Part shown: one piece after another, positions 26,347 through 36,500 of the stretch
Numbering within the stretch: the stretch's first letter is position 1
How the letters are laid out: every line of letters starts with the position of its first letter
Virus record (IMG/VR): IMGVR_UViG_3300031772_000007
Location: 29,826 to 93,825 of that record
Reading direction: 5' to 3' (one strand)
DNA: 64,000 nt
From: a virus
Notes under the pieces: generated by a model
Seen by the model: only the letters and a program-made list of their open reading frames with translations
Told to the model about the DNA's origin: nothing
Databases searched by the model: none
Position numbers and translations under genes: made by a program

Positions 26347-27962
26347 CAGGCCACTTCCACCCGTCCTTCAGCCACCTTCCACCGCTGCACGCACGGAACC
26401 CGCGCCGCCAGCTCCTCGTTGTGCGTGATGATGACGACCGCTCGTTCCCGGGCCAGATCGTCGAGCACACCCACAACCGCCTCGATTCCAGCCGAGTCGA
26501 GCCCGTCCAGAATTTCGTCAAGGAACAGGGTTCCCCGCCCCGCGAAGGCAAGAAGTAGGGCCAGGTCTATCCTCCTCCGCTCCCCCGCAGAAGTGGCCTT
26601 GTAGCCGTAGCCACCGCCAGCTCCCTGCACCTGCAAACTGATGGCGTCCGACACCCCGCCAGTCTTCTTCTCGGAGTACGGCTTCAGCTCCAGCTTGAGC
26701 CCCTTCCCCGCGAGCCGCGGGAGCCAGGCGTTCGCCGCCGCCTCCAGCCCCCCAAGCAGCTTCGCCAGGATGCCAGCCCGCGCCCCGCGGAGCCCCAACA
26801 CCATCTCCGCCGCCTTCAACACCTCAACCTCGTGCTCCTGCTTCGCCCGCGCTGCTTCCGCCTTGGCGATGTTGTCGGCGCAGACCTCCTCCGCCTTAGC
26901 CGCCAGCACCCGTACCTTCTCGGTGTTCGCCCTGAGAGCCGCCGAACGTTCGATGTTCCCCAGCTCCGCGTCGAGCGCCGTGGCCTTCTCCCGGAGCTTG
27001 CGGAGGGCTTCCTGTACGTCCCGCGCCTCGTCCCGGGTGTCCGACACCGCCTCGTTCGCCTGCGCCTGCTCTGCGCGGGTGTCGGTCTGAATCTTCTGGA
27101 TCTGCTCCTTCAGCCCCTTCCGCAGTTCCTCCGGCACAGCCTGCCCGCAAGAGTCGCAGATGCCTGACTCCCCCAGCCGGTTGAGCCGCCGGGTCAACGC
27201 CGCCAGCTCCCGCTCCGCGCCGCCCGTGTTGACGCTGTGCTTGGCGATCTCGTCTTGGAGCGACGCCAGCTCGGTGTCCCCCTTCCTGATGTGCTCCCGT
27301 AGGTGGTCCCGCCGCTGCTTCAGCGCCCCCACCGCTTCCTCGGTCCCCATCGGCATCCCCGCGAGCGCCTGCTTCGCATCTTGCTGCCGCTGCCGCGCGT
27401 GCTCGATCTCCACCTCCGCTATGCGCTTTCGGTTCGCCGCGTCACCCAACTCCCGCTCCGCGGTGTGGAGCTGCGCCCGGCATTTCTCCAGCGCGGCATC
27501 AAAGCGACCAAGCCCCAACATCGACTCCAAGAACAGCTTGCGCTCCTTGTCGGTGGCCTGCGTGAAGTGCGCCGCGTCCGCCGAGCTGAAGACGTGAGTG
27601 CGCCTCCAAATCTCGAACGAGCCGATGATCTCCTCCAGCGCCTCCTGCGCCTTGGTCGTCGTCTCGTAGTCGCGCCCCTTCCCTTCGTAGGTGAAGGTCA
27701 GCGCGGTCTTGGCTCCCTTGCGCTCCCGCCGAGCCACCAGAGCCCCCGCGGTGAACTCCGCAAAGCCCTTCAGCGAGTCGATGGCGAACGGGAGGACGCC
27801 CCGAAGCGTCTCACCCCATCCTGGGTACGCCACCCCCTCGATGATGCTCGACTTGCCCGAGCCATTCGGCCCCACAACCAAAACAACTCCTCTCTTGGGA
27901 AAGGCCAGCTCCGTCTTCTCGTGCGTCGTGAAATTCACCAGCTTGAGTGTCCCGAGATCCAT
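26346..27962 (-). CDS. SbcC/Rad50/gp46-like ATPase
   Basis: GPNGSGKS, coiled coil with CDSC hook, SAGERRR signature, FLDE, ITH. Confidence 0.92.
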   Translation of the reverse strand: MDLGTLKLVNFTTHEKTELAFPKRGVVLVVGPNGSGKSSIIEGVAYPGWGETLRGVLPFAIDSLKGFAEFTAGALVARRERKGAKTALTFTYEGKGRDYETTTKAQEALEEIIGSFEIWRRTHVFSSADAAHFTQATDKERKLFLESMLGLGRFDAALEKCRAQLHTAERELGDAANRKRIAEVEIEHARQRQQDAKQALAGMPMGTEEAVGALKQRRDHLREHIRKGDTELASLQDEIAKHSVNTGGAERELAALTRRLNRLGESGICDSCGQAVPEELRKGLKEQIQKIQTDTRAEQAQANEAVSDTRDEARDVQEALRKLREKATALDAELGNIERSAALRANTEKVRVLAAKAEEVCADNIAKAEAARAKQEHEVEVLKAAEMVLGLRGARAGILAKLLGGLEAAANAWLPRLAGKGLKLELKPYSEKKTGGVSDAISLQVQGAGGGYGYKATSAGERRRIDLALLLAFAGRGTLFLDEILDGLDSAGIEAVVGVLDDLARERAVVIITHNEELAARVPCVQRWKVAEGRVEVA

Positions 27963-28175
27963 CTACTCGCCCTCCCCGAGCATCTGCTCCAGCGCCAACG
28001 CAACCTCCGCATGGGCATCCGCCCCTGTGTATTCAACAGAGCGCAATTGCTTTACTGCGTCCCAAGCTGTATCCAGCATCTCCGGCAAATGCCGCCTGAC
28101 ATTTCGATTCGCCGCTGCGAACGCCGCCGCCCAGACCATCTGCTCGCCCCTCGACATCTTCTTCCATGCACTCAT
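27963..28175 (-). CDS. Hypothetical protein
   Basis: ATGA coupling. Confidence 0.5.
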   Translation of the reverse strand: MSAWKKMSRGEQMVWAAAFAAANRNVRRHLPEMLDTAWDAVKQLRSVEYTGADAHAEVALALEQMLGEGE

Positions 28176-28399
28176 GGCCGGTCCCACCCCACTCGCTTGC
28201 TCGCTGCCGCCGGGTTGTCCGCGGGACCTCCCAGCCGTTCCGTCGCATCCATCGCCTGCTCCTTCTCGCGCATCCGCTTCAGGTAGTAGTCCCCGACCCC
28301 GCCTTGAAAGAGGGGATCTCCCATCGGCGCGAACCTCCAGCGCCGAAGCAGCTCCTCGTAGGAAGCGTTATCGATCCACTGCTTCGTCGCGGCATCCAT
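28172..28399 (-). CDS. Small protein with tag (DATERLGG)
   Basis: RBS; motif near C-terminus. Confidence 0.65.
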   Translation of the reverse strand: MDAATKQWIDNASYEELLRRWRFAPMGDPLFQGGVGDYYLKRMREKEQAMDATERLGGPADNPAAASKRVGWDRP

Positions 28400-29057
28400 C
28401 GTTCCAGACCTCCTCCTCCACCGGGGGTGCCGGTGGGAAGCCCTCCCTCTGAATCCAGATCAGCTTGAAGCCCTGCTCCCGAAGCCGCCCCAGCAACTTC
28501 GAGTAGGCGTGCTCCGCGTAAATCCACCAGACCTTCGCCTCCGGCCACCAGCCCGTGCGGACCAGAGACTCCTTCGCCGGGGTGTGCCCCCAGATGGCGT
28601 TGAACTGCTCCTTGAGCCTGTCCTTCATGTCGAAGTGCGTGCGGAAGGCCAGCGCCAGCCCCGGACACGAACGGTCCGGGACGAACGCCCAGAAGGCGTA
28701 GGCGGTCCGCTTCAACGGCTTCACGAAGGGAAGGTCCGCAGGGCTGTCCTCCGCCCCGAGCGCGACAGCCCCCACCCGCGCGCTGTTCTCCTGCGCGTGG
28801 TCCAGCACCGCCCGGTAGATGCGCTCCATCAGCCTGCGCGCTTCTCGGTGCTCCAGGGGTTGCGCCAGCTCCAGGTACACCGTGTACGCGCTCTTGCCCG
28901 CCGCCGGGTAGTTCGTCCCCGCCGCGCACACCGCGCCACCAGGAAGACCATCGACCTTCAGCGCGTACATCGGAACCCCAAGCTCCCAGCGAGCGATGCG
29001 CTTCTCCCTCGGGTCCTTGCGATTCCCGCGCGGGATGTCGCCGATGTCGTAAGGCAT
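28368..29057 (-). CDS. Hypothetical protein
   Basis: GGAG RBS; 229 aa. Confidence 0.6.
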   Translation of the reverse strand: MPYDIGDIPRGNRKDPREKRIARWELGVPMYALKVDGLPGGAVCAAGTNYPAAGKSAYTVYLELAQPLEHREARRLMERIYRAVLDHAQENSARVGAVALGAEDSPADLPFVKPLKRTAYAFWAFVPDRSCPGLALAFRTHFDMKDRLKEQFNAIWGHTPAKESLVRTGWWPEAKVWWIYAEHAYSKLLGRLREQGFKLIWIQREGFPPAPPVEEEVWNDGCRDEAVDR

Positions 29058-29062
29058 GGCTC

Positions 29063-29701
29063 CTACCCCGCCCGGTGCTCACGAGCCGCCGCCACCGCTG
29101 CGTTGATCTGCGCCGCCGTCTCCTCCTGCGTCCCCCGGGCGTTCACCACCACCCATCGAGTGGGCTCCACCGCACGCTGCCGGTCCCACAGCTCCCGATA
29201 GAACCCAGCCACTTGCGGCATGAAGCTCGCCGCCTTCTCGTAACGGTCCCGGCGGTCCGGTCGGCGCTCCGCAGAGTCCTTCTCGTCCACGTCGAGCAGG
29301 ATGAACAAGTCCGGCTGCGGGAGCCATCGGTGCAACCCGATCAGGTAATCCCCGTCGAGCCCGTCCGCCCGCCCGTAGGCATAGCCGCTCGGCCAGTAGC
29401 GATCCAGCACCACGTTCCCGCGAGATGCCACCTCGAACAGCTCGGTGGCGACCTCCATCCGATTGGCGACCTGGAGAGCCTGAAACACGAGAGGGTCCAG
29501 CAGATTTCCGTACTGCGCCGACCACTCCCCCAATTTCGCCGGTTGCGCCCGCCAAAGCCTATCGAGGTGCGCGTAGATGAGCTTCCCAGTGATGGTTTCC
29601 TTGTTCGGGAACTTCCAGACCCGCGCGCCCATGCGCTTCGCCAGCAGCTCGGTGTGCGTCCCCTTGCCGCAGGCGTCGATGCCCTCAAGACAGATGATCA
29701 C
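29063..29701 (-). CDS. tmk: Thymidylate (dTMP) kinase
   Basis: LEGIDACGKGT, VLDRYWPSGYAY, PQPDL. Confidence 0.92.
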   Translation of the reverse strand: MIICLEGIDACGKGTHTELLAKRMGARVWKFPNKETITGKLIYAHLDRLWRAQPAKLGEWSAQYGNLLDPLVFQALQVANRMEVATELFEVASRGNVVLDRYWPSGYAYGRADGLDGDYLIGLHRWLPQPDLFILLDVDEKDSAERRPDRRDRYEKAASFMPQVAGFYRELWDRQRAVEPTRWVVVNARGTQEETAAQINAAVAAAREHRAG

Positions 29702-29718
29702 CTTCCCACCCTCCCCCT

Positions 29719-30033
29719 CTACGAGCGAAGCTCGCGTAAGTCGAATACCCCTGCCAAGTCCTTCTCCTGCTTCATGATGAGGCGCGCGTACCGGCTCGGG
29801 TAGTTGTTGCACAGCTTGAACTCGCTGCCGTCGTCGGTCGTCTCCAACCACACGTTCCAGCGCAAGACCTCCCAGAGCATCTTGATACCGACCTTCCTCT
29901 TGCCCTTGCACACCGCCGCCCGGGCGAGCCTCACCAGCTCGTCGTAGACGTTTGGGTTCTCCCCGTGGAACTTCAGGAACGATCTCTGGATCTTCGAGGT
30001 GGGCTCCTCGAACAGTGGCAGTTGCGTCGTCAT
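29719..30033 (-). CDS. Phage protein with N-terminal QLPLF (clamp-binding-like) motif
   Basis: MTTQLPLF; FHGENPNVY...EVLRW...NNYPSRYAR. Confidence 0.65.
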   Translation of the reverse strand: MTTQLPLFEEPTSKIQRSFLKFHGENPNVYDELVRLARAAVCKGKRKVGIKMLWEVLRWNVWLETTDDGSEFKLCNNYPSRYARLIMKQEKDLAGVFDLRELRS

Positions 30034-31139
30034 GCCGCCCCCCCAAGTAGCTGCGTCACCCGCTCCTTGACCTCTGGGCGCAGAGCCTCGTTCTCCAGGG
30101 GCATCTGCGCGATGTAGTCGGACACCGCCTGCTCCGCCGTCTCCGCACTCCGCGTCACCCCCGCCGCCGTCCGCAGAGCCACCTCCGCCTCGGTCGTGTC
30201 CGGCACCACCTCGCCCACCACCCCCAACCGCTCCGCCAGCGCCTCCAGCTTCCCCTGCGCCGCCGCCACCGCCGTCGGCGTTCCGTCTGCCTTCAGCCGG
30301 AGGAACAGCTTGCACCCCTCGGGTGCCTTCAACACCTCCTCCTCGGTGGTGACGAACCGCGGACCGGAGATGGCCTTCTTCGTCCAGTTCCCCCTCTTGG
30401 AGTCCCAAACGAGAATGGTCCCGTATCCCTCCAACCCCGGGTTGCGCCAGTCGGTCGGCACGAGCGCCCCGATCTGCACGAGGTCCACCCCCTGCACCCC
30501 GTCGTGCCCCGACCAGCTCCGGTGAGGGTGCCAGTGCCCCGCCACCACCAGAGCGATGCCCAAAGAGGAACACTGCCCCGCTACGCTGTCCAGCGTCACC
30601 GCGTCCGAGGAACCCTTCAACCAAGGTGGCGTCGCCCCGTCTTGAAGACCAAGGTGTAGCGCAAGAACTCTCGGCGTAGGAGCCCCGTCCGTCGTGCCCC
30701 GAAGATCGTTCACAACCCGCGGGAGCCAGTCCTCCGCCTTCCCCGTGCGAAACGGAACCGCCCAGACCTCCCCGCCATCGACGTAGTACCGAAGCGGCTG
30801 GTCGAGAACGTGCGCCACCGGCACCAACGGTCCCAGTGCGTTGTCCCCCTCGGCGTCGCTCGTCATGTCGTGATTGCCCGAGAGGATGTACGTCGTCACC
30901 TTCTCCGCGTACCGGGCGATGATCTCCTGCACCGCCCGGATGACCTGCGGCTCGGGACGGGAGGAGTCGAACAGGTCCCCGCAGATGAACAGCGCGCCGC
31001 AGTCCTTGCTGATCTCCTCGTAGGCGCGCTTCAGGGCATCGAGCGTTAGGCGGCAACGGTCGTTGATGCCCGCCTTCGTCTGCCCGCCGTAGAGCTTCGA
31101 GTTCCCGATGTGACAGTCCGCTATGAAGGCAACGCGCAT
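30030..31139 (-). CDS. SbcD/Mre11/gp47-like nuclease
   Basis: ADCH, GDLFD, GNHD, GHWH. Confidence 0.9.
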   Translation of the reverse strand: MRVAFIADCHIGNSKLYGGQTKAGINDRCRLTLDALKRAYEEISKDCGALFICGDLFDSSRPEPQVIRAVQEIIARYAEKVTTYILSGNHDMTSDAEGDNALGPLVPVAHVLDQPLRYYVDGGEVWAVPFRTGKAEDWLPRVVNDLRGTTDGAPTPRVLALHLGLQDGATPPWLKGSSDAVTLDSVAGQCSSLGIALVVAGHWHPHRSWSGHDGVQGVDLVQIGALVPTDWRNPGLEGYGTILVWDSKRGNWTKKAISGPRFVTTEEEVLKAPEGCKLFLRLKADGTPTAVAAAQGKLEALAERLGVVGEVVPDTTEAEVALRTAAGVTRSAETAEQAVSDYIAQMPLENEALRPEVKERVTQLLGGAA

Positions 31140-32116
31140 GGTTCCTTCTCCTTCTTGCCGGTGATCTTCCCTTCCATCACCGAGTCCTCCCCCTTCGGAT
31201 CGGTGTCCGCCCACCCCAGCGCCTTCAGAGCCTCGGCGTGCCCCTTGTCGGTCGCCTTCGTACCCGCAGGTATCAGCTCGCGGTCCTTGGCGTGGTTCAC
31301 CGTCGTCCAGCGGTCGTCCCACCCGCCCGCAACATGGAGGCGAGTGTCCAACTCGTGCTGCGCCTCCGCCACCTTGTTCTTCACGCACTTCATGTGAACC
31401 CCGATGAAGCTCCCATCCCTCTTGTCCGGGCGCATCCTCACGCGGACCGAGGAGTAGAACTTGATGGCGTTGCCCCCGGGGGTCGTCTCCGGGTTCCCGT
31501 AGACCACCCCGATCTTCATCCGTGTCTGGTTCACGAACATCATGTGCGCCCGCTTCTTCGGAAGGATCTTCACGAGGTACGTGCAGAGCTTCGAGTAGAA
31601 CCTTGCCCGGATGCCCATGTATTCGTCTCCGGGGTCGCCCTCCAGCTCCTCCCTCGTTGGCAGAGCAGGTACCGAGTCGAGAACGATGAGCGTCGGAGGT
31701 CCATCGTCCGGCAACGACTTCAAGAACTGGATGAGCATGTTGCCTCCTTCCTGGAGATTCGGCGGGTCCAGCGCCAGCACCTCGTCCGGATCCACCCCGA
31801 AGGTCCGCGCCCGCGTCTCCGTGAAGGCGTGCTCCGCGTCGATGAGCGCGAAGATGCCCTTCATCTTCTGCACCGCCGCCCCTGCCGAAGCGACCAGACT
31901 GCTCTTGCCCGAGGACTCCGGCCCGAACCACTCGCTCATTCGACCGATGGGGAGCCCACCGACCCCGAGCAGGTGATGGTCCACCGCCACAATGCCTGTG
32001 GGGATGGCCTCCTTCACGTCCGCGCCGCCGCCCCCCGAGAGGGTTGCGATGGAGCCCGCCCCATACTTCTTCTCGATGCCCGCCTGAATCTTCGCCAGCA
32101 GTTGCAGCCTGTCCAT
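31121..32116 (-). CDS. recA: RecA/UvsX recombinase
   Basis: GPESSGKS, IDAEHA, NQTRMKIGVVYGNPETTPGGNAIKFYSSVR. Confidence 0.95.
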   Translation of the reverse strand: MDRLQLLAKIQAGIEKKYGAGSIATLSGGGGADVKEAIPTGIVAVDHHLLGVGGLPIGRMSEWFGPESSGKSSLVASAGAAVQKMKGIFALIDAEHAFTETRARTFGVDPDEVLALDPPNLQEGGNMLIQFLKSLPDDGPPTLIVLDSVPALPTREELEGDPGDEYMGIRARFYSKLCTYLVKILPKKRAHMMFVNQTRMKIGVVYGNPETTPGGNAIKFYSSVRVRMRPDKRDGSFIGVHMKCVKNKVAEAQHELDTRLHVAGGWDDRWTTVNHAKDRELIPAGTKATDKGHAEALKALGWADTDPKGEDSVMEGKITGKKEKEPCALPS

Positions 32117-32186
32117 GCGCTCCCCTCCGGTGGAAAAACCGGAGATCGGCCAGCTTCGACCGATCTCCGGTACTACCCCCCTGCAC

Positions 32187-32972
32187 CTAGTAGTCGAAGT
32201 CCCCACCAGCCTCGCCGGACTTCGCCTTCCCACCACCCCGCGGCGTCACATCCTTCTCTCGCCGCTTCCCGCCGCCCGTCTTGTCCTCCCACTCGCCCTC
32301 CAGAGCCGCATCCTGATCCTCATCCGAGGGCGGTCCCTCCACCGCTTCCAGGTCCATCTGCGTCGGCATCAACTCCACCGCGCCCGGCAACGGCGACGGC
32401 TGCCGCGCCACCGCCACAGGGTCGTACTCGGTGTCGTTCGGTCCGGTCCCAGTGCGGTTGAACACGATGTTGTAGCCGCTCTGCGGATCGGTGAACACCT
32501 TGCCCACCTCGGCGATGTCGATGGCCTTGCGGACCTTCTTGAACAACCCCTGCGGAATGGTCCAGAGCTGAACCCCCTTCTCCGGGTTCTGCATGTCCAC
32601 GATGTTCGCGTAGACGTGCGCGCTCGGCTCGAACGCCCGAGCCTTCTTCAAGTCCAGCTTGTTCCCCGAAGACCGGAGCCGAGCTGCCCGCTCGCAGATG
32701 GGGCAATGCTCGTTATACTGGTACTTGACGCAGACGATGTTCTTCTTCTCCCCGCCCGCGGAGAAGAAGTGCTTGTACCAGATTTTCACCGGGGGCTTGC
32801 CCGCGATGGGGGGCATGAACCGGACGACGTTCTTGCCCTCCTTGGGCTTGAAGAAGTTGCCACCGCCCGCGGGGAGAGCCTTCTCCGCCTCCTCCATCAT
32901 CGTGAGGTCGAACTCCCCGTACTGCACCATGCCCTGCTGTCCTACCTTCTCGATCTCATTGCCAGTTGCCAT
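32187..32972 (-). CDS. Single-stranded DNA-binding protein (gp32-like)
   Basis: NVVRFMPP, CPIC, TDPQSGY, acidic tail ending DFDY. Confidence 0.8.
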   Translation of the reverse strand: MATGNEIEKVGQQGMVQYGEFDLTMMEEAEKALPAGGGNFFKPKEGKNVVRFMPPIAGKPPVKIWYKHFFSAGGEKKNIVCVKYQYNEHCPICERAARLRSSGNKLDLKKARAFEPSAHVYANIVDMQNPEKGVQLWTIPQGLFKKVRKAIDIAEVGKVFTDPQSGYNIVFNRTGTGPNDTEYDPVAVARQPSPLPGAVELMPTQMDLEAVEGPPSDEDQDAALEGEWEDKTGGGKRREKDVTPRGGGKAKSGEAGGDFDY

Positions 32973-33050
32973 CTGTCTTCTTCCTTCTGTCGTTGTGAGT
33001 GCCCCCGAACAGCGCCGGGGCTCGCGCCTGCTCGTCCACCGAGCAGAAGT

Positions 33051-33515
33051 CTAGAAGCCTTCGCGCGCCACCCGGTCCGTGTTCACCCGATCCCGGATGA
33101 GAGGGTCGCCCTTCATCTCCTCACGAAGCTGTGCGCCCGCACTGACCAGCATCTCACGCTTCGTCCGCAGCGTTTCGAGGATGCCCTTCAGGTAGTCCCG
33201 CTCCGCCTGAAGCGAAATGACATCCAGGTGCGCCTGCTCATAGGCAGGGTCCGTCTTCACCATCGCGTCTACCGCCGCCTCGGTCGGCGGCTTCTTCCCC
33301 TCGGGCGCTTCCTTCTTCGCCAGGTAGAGCTGCGCCTGCACCTTCTCCTCGCGCCACTCCGCCTGGAGGAGCCCCCGGTTGGCCGCAGAGAACTTCTCGT
33401 TCCAGTAGGCGAAGTCCCCCGACATCCGCCCGTACTCCTCGTTGATGAACTCCGGCTTCAGGTCCACACAGTCCTTCAGGTAGTCGTCGATCTCCAAGTC
33501 CTTGAGCTTTGCCAC
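33051..33515 (-). CDS. UvsY-like recombination mediator
   Basis: Helical 154-aa protein, PTEAAVDAMVKTDPAY; beside SSB and RecA. Confidence 0.6.
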   Translation of the reverse strand: MAKLKDLEIDDYLKDCVDLKPEFINEEYGRMSGDFAYWNEKFSAANRGLLQAEWREEKVQAQLYLAKKEAPEGKKPPTEAAVDAMVKTDPAYEQAHLDVISLQAERDYLKGILETLRTKREMLVSAGAQLREEMKGDPLIRDRVNTDRVAREGF

Positions 33516-33542
33516 GGTTCAACCTCCCTTTCGTGAGTCCCT

Positions 33543-33572
33543 TACTTTGCCCCGCCCTTCCCCGGTTATCCC
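33543..33572 (-). promoter_or_regulatory. Putative phage-sigma promoter
   Basis: GGGATAACCG-N10-GGGCAAAGTA, intergenic. Confidence 0.65.
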
Positions 33573-33581
33573 CTCCCCCTC

Positions 33582-36500
33582 CTAATTCAGCTCCACCGTC
33601 TCCATGCTGCCCCACCGCGTACCCGCCTTGCAGTCCACTTCCAGAGGCACGAAACTTGTAGCCCACGGGTATGACACCATCTGCTCGCGCGCCGCTTGTG
33701 CCGTCTCCTTCCAAGTCTTCTCGGGACACAGCAGCATGATGGAGTCGTGAATCGGCAGGATGACCTCGGCGTCCATCTTGCCCGCCTCAATCAGATTGAC
33801 CAGACGCACGATACTCGACACGCAGAAGTCGCTCGCCGTGCCCTGAATGGGGCTGTTGATGGAACCGTTGCGCGCCGTGGATGCCGCGTGCGAGCCCTCC
33901 TCCGACTCGTCCGCGATCCTCCACAGAGGACGCCACCGCGCTCGCTGCCCTTCCCACTCGGTCCAACAGCCCCCGTTCGCCTTGGCGTAGGAGAGAGCCG
34001 TCTTGCTCCACCTGCCGAAGTTGATGAACGCGCCGAAGATGGCTGCCCGGATGGCTGCCGCCGCCTCGACCGGAATGCCCAGCTCCCGAGCCAGAGTACG
34101 ATCCGTCTTACCGTAAGCGAGCCCGAAGTTGAACGCCTTGGCTCCAGTCCGGTGAACCTTCGTGACCTGCTCCGGCGGGATGCCCCAGGCGAGCTTGCAG
34201 ATGAGCTTCGCCGTGCCCAGGTGGAAGTCCACCCCCGAGCGGAACAGGTCTGCCATCGCCCGGTCCTGCGAGAGCAACGCCGCGATCCGCAGCTCCAGTT
34301 GGGAGTAGTCCAGCTCGATGAGTACCTTGCCGTGCGGCGCAACGAAGCAGTCCCGGGCTCGCTTGCCGTCCTCGGTGTCTGCCCGCGGGATGTTCTGAAG
34401 GTTCGGGTCGCTACAGTTGTGGACCAGTAGCTCCCCGGCGATGAAGCACTCCTCACCCTCCACAGTGAGATCGTAAACGTCATCTCGCTCGGTCAAGTGC
34501 TCTACCGCCACTACTTCGTGATTATTCGACAACCGCGCTGTCCTAGCGTGTGCCGCCCCTTCAAGAATCTGCTCCCGCCGCCCTTCTCGGTTCCAACGCT
34601 TCAGCTCCTCCAAGTCAAAGCCTGCCCGTTCGACATGCCCCTTGAAAGAGTTGAAGTCGTACCCCCCCGCCTTTGCCGCCTTCGAGACAGCCCACGCATT
34701 CTCCCGAAGTAGCCACTCAACGTAAGATGCAGGAAGCCCCAGCCACCGCCCATTGCTAGATCCCACACGAGCCGAAAGGCACCCTTCCCGCCACATCCGC
34801 TGCATGCTCTCCGAGCGCGCCGCCCGCACTTCGGCGGAGGTCTGCTCCCCGTGCAAGCGTAGGTGTTCAGAAGCCCCAAGACCTGCAAGGTTTTCAGGTC
34901 GGTTGTCTAGCTTGTTACCGTTAATGTGGTGAACGTGCTCCGGCGCTTTTCCGTACATCTGCTCGTAGATGAAACGGTGCTCACGCGAGATTTCTTCAGC
35001 CCCCGTGGGCCACAACCGCGCGTACCCATCCACTTCGCCCCTGGCTAAAGCGTAAACGCGGTCGCCCGGCTGAAGATCCCCCGCCTCCCTCCATTTCCCA
35101 GTGGTAAGCCGTACCCGATGCTCAGGCGTGAGGTCAAGATACCCCTCGTGACGATGGCCCTGCCCCCGCCATTTAACCCGAACCAGCGCGCACTTCCTAC
35201 CAGCCCGCCATGCGCGCAAAACACGCCGCAGCACAAGGCGTCCCCCGGAGTCGTAGCAGTACGCCAAATCACCAAACCGCACCTGCTCAATAGGTACCCC
35301 TTTGGGAAAGCGCGACACATCCCGCGCGACATCCACAAGGGTGCCCTTCCGAATGCAAGAAGTCCTGCCACTCCGCGCGCCATCGGTGTGGATGCTTGGA
35401 TGCACCCTTCCGTCCGACCGGACGCAGCCCTCCCACTCCGCGACGTACTCGACCAGCTTCTTGTAGTGCCGGTACTCCAAGATGAAGCCGGGGAGGGAGT
35501 GTTCCGACTTGAGCTGAAGAAGCGCATCCTCCTCCGTGCTCGGCTGCCCCGTCTCCGTCTTGTAGGGAGCGTCCAGCTTGAGCTGATCGTACAGGAGCCG
35601 AGCGATCTGCTGTGGGCTGTCCGGGTTCAGCTCCCCGTACTTCTGGCACTGCGCCATCGCCCCATCCAACCCCTGCTGTGCAAGCTGTTGAAACAGAGAG
35701 CCCGCCTGCACGTCGTAGGGGACGCCCCACTCCTCGACCCGCTGGATGGCAACCGCCCCCGGCAACACCACCTTGTCCCAGATGCGCTGCCGCTCGGGGC
35801 TCCGGTGAAGCTGGAGACTGTAGAGCGAAGCCAGCCGCGCGGTCGTCAGCGCGTCGCGGCAGACGTACCGGAGCAGCTTGTCCCGGTCCATGAAGGCGTA
35901 GGCAATCGCCTTCGGGTTGCCCGCGTACTTCTCCACGTCGAACCCGAGCCGAGCCGAGGTATCCACCCGGTCCGCGAAGTCGAAGCCACCCTGCTTCGAT
36001 TGCCTCCGCTGGCGTTCCTTTTCCGCCATCTCCTTGATGCGCCGCTCGATGAGGACCAACGCCTGCTTCGCCTCCCCCTTGTGCTCCCCCATCCCCACCA
36101 GCTCGGCCATGTCCTCCAGGTTCCCCCGCGCGTCCGGGTCCAGGAGCTTGCGCTCAAGGCGGGTGTCGAACTTGATGCCGCGAACGCGGACCTTCTTCGT
36201 CCACCACATGCAGTGTTGATCGTACTTGACGTTGGAGCCGCCCTTCGGAACCTCCGCATCCTCTAGCACCCGCGCAAAGGGCTCGAACCTCGCCGGGTCG
36301 TTCATCCCCTCCTCGTCCCAAACCCACACCACGTCACGCCCGAGGGGTGCCGCCGCCGTCGTGAGGATGCGAAAGCCTGGGTTCCACAAGTGCCCTGCCG
36401 TCTCGCAGTCGAAGGCGAACCCCTCACCCCCGCACAAGTCCTGCACCGCCTGCGCCACGTCCGCTGGGGTCGTCACCACGCTGGCGAAGTAGTCCGGGCG

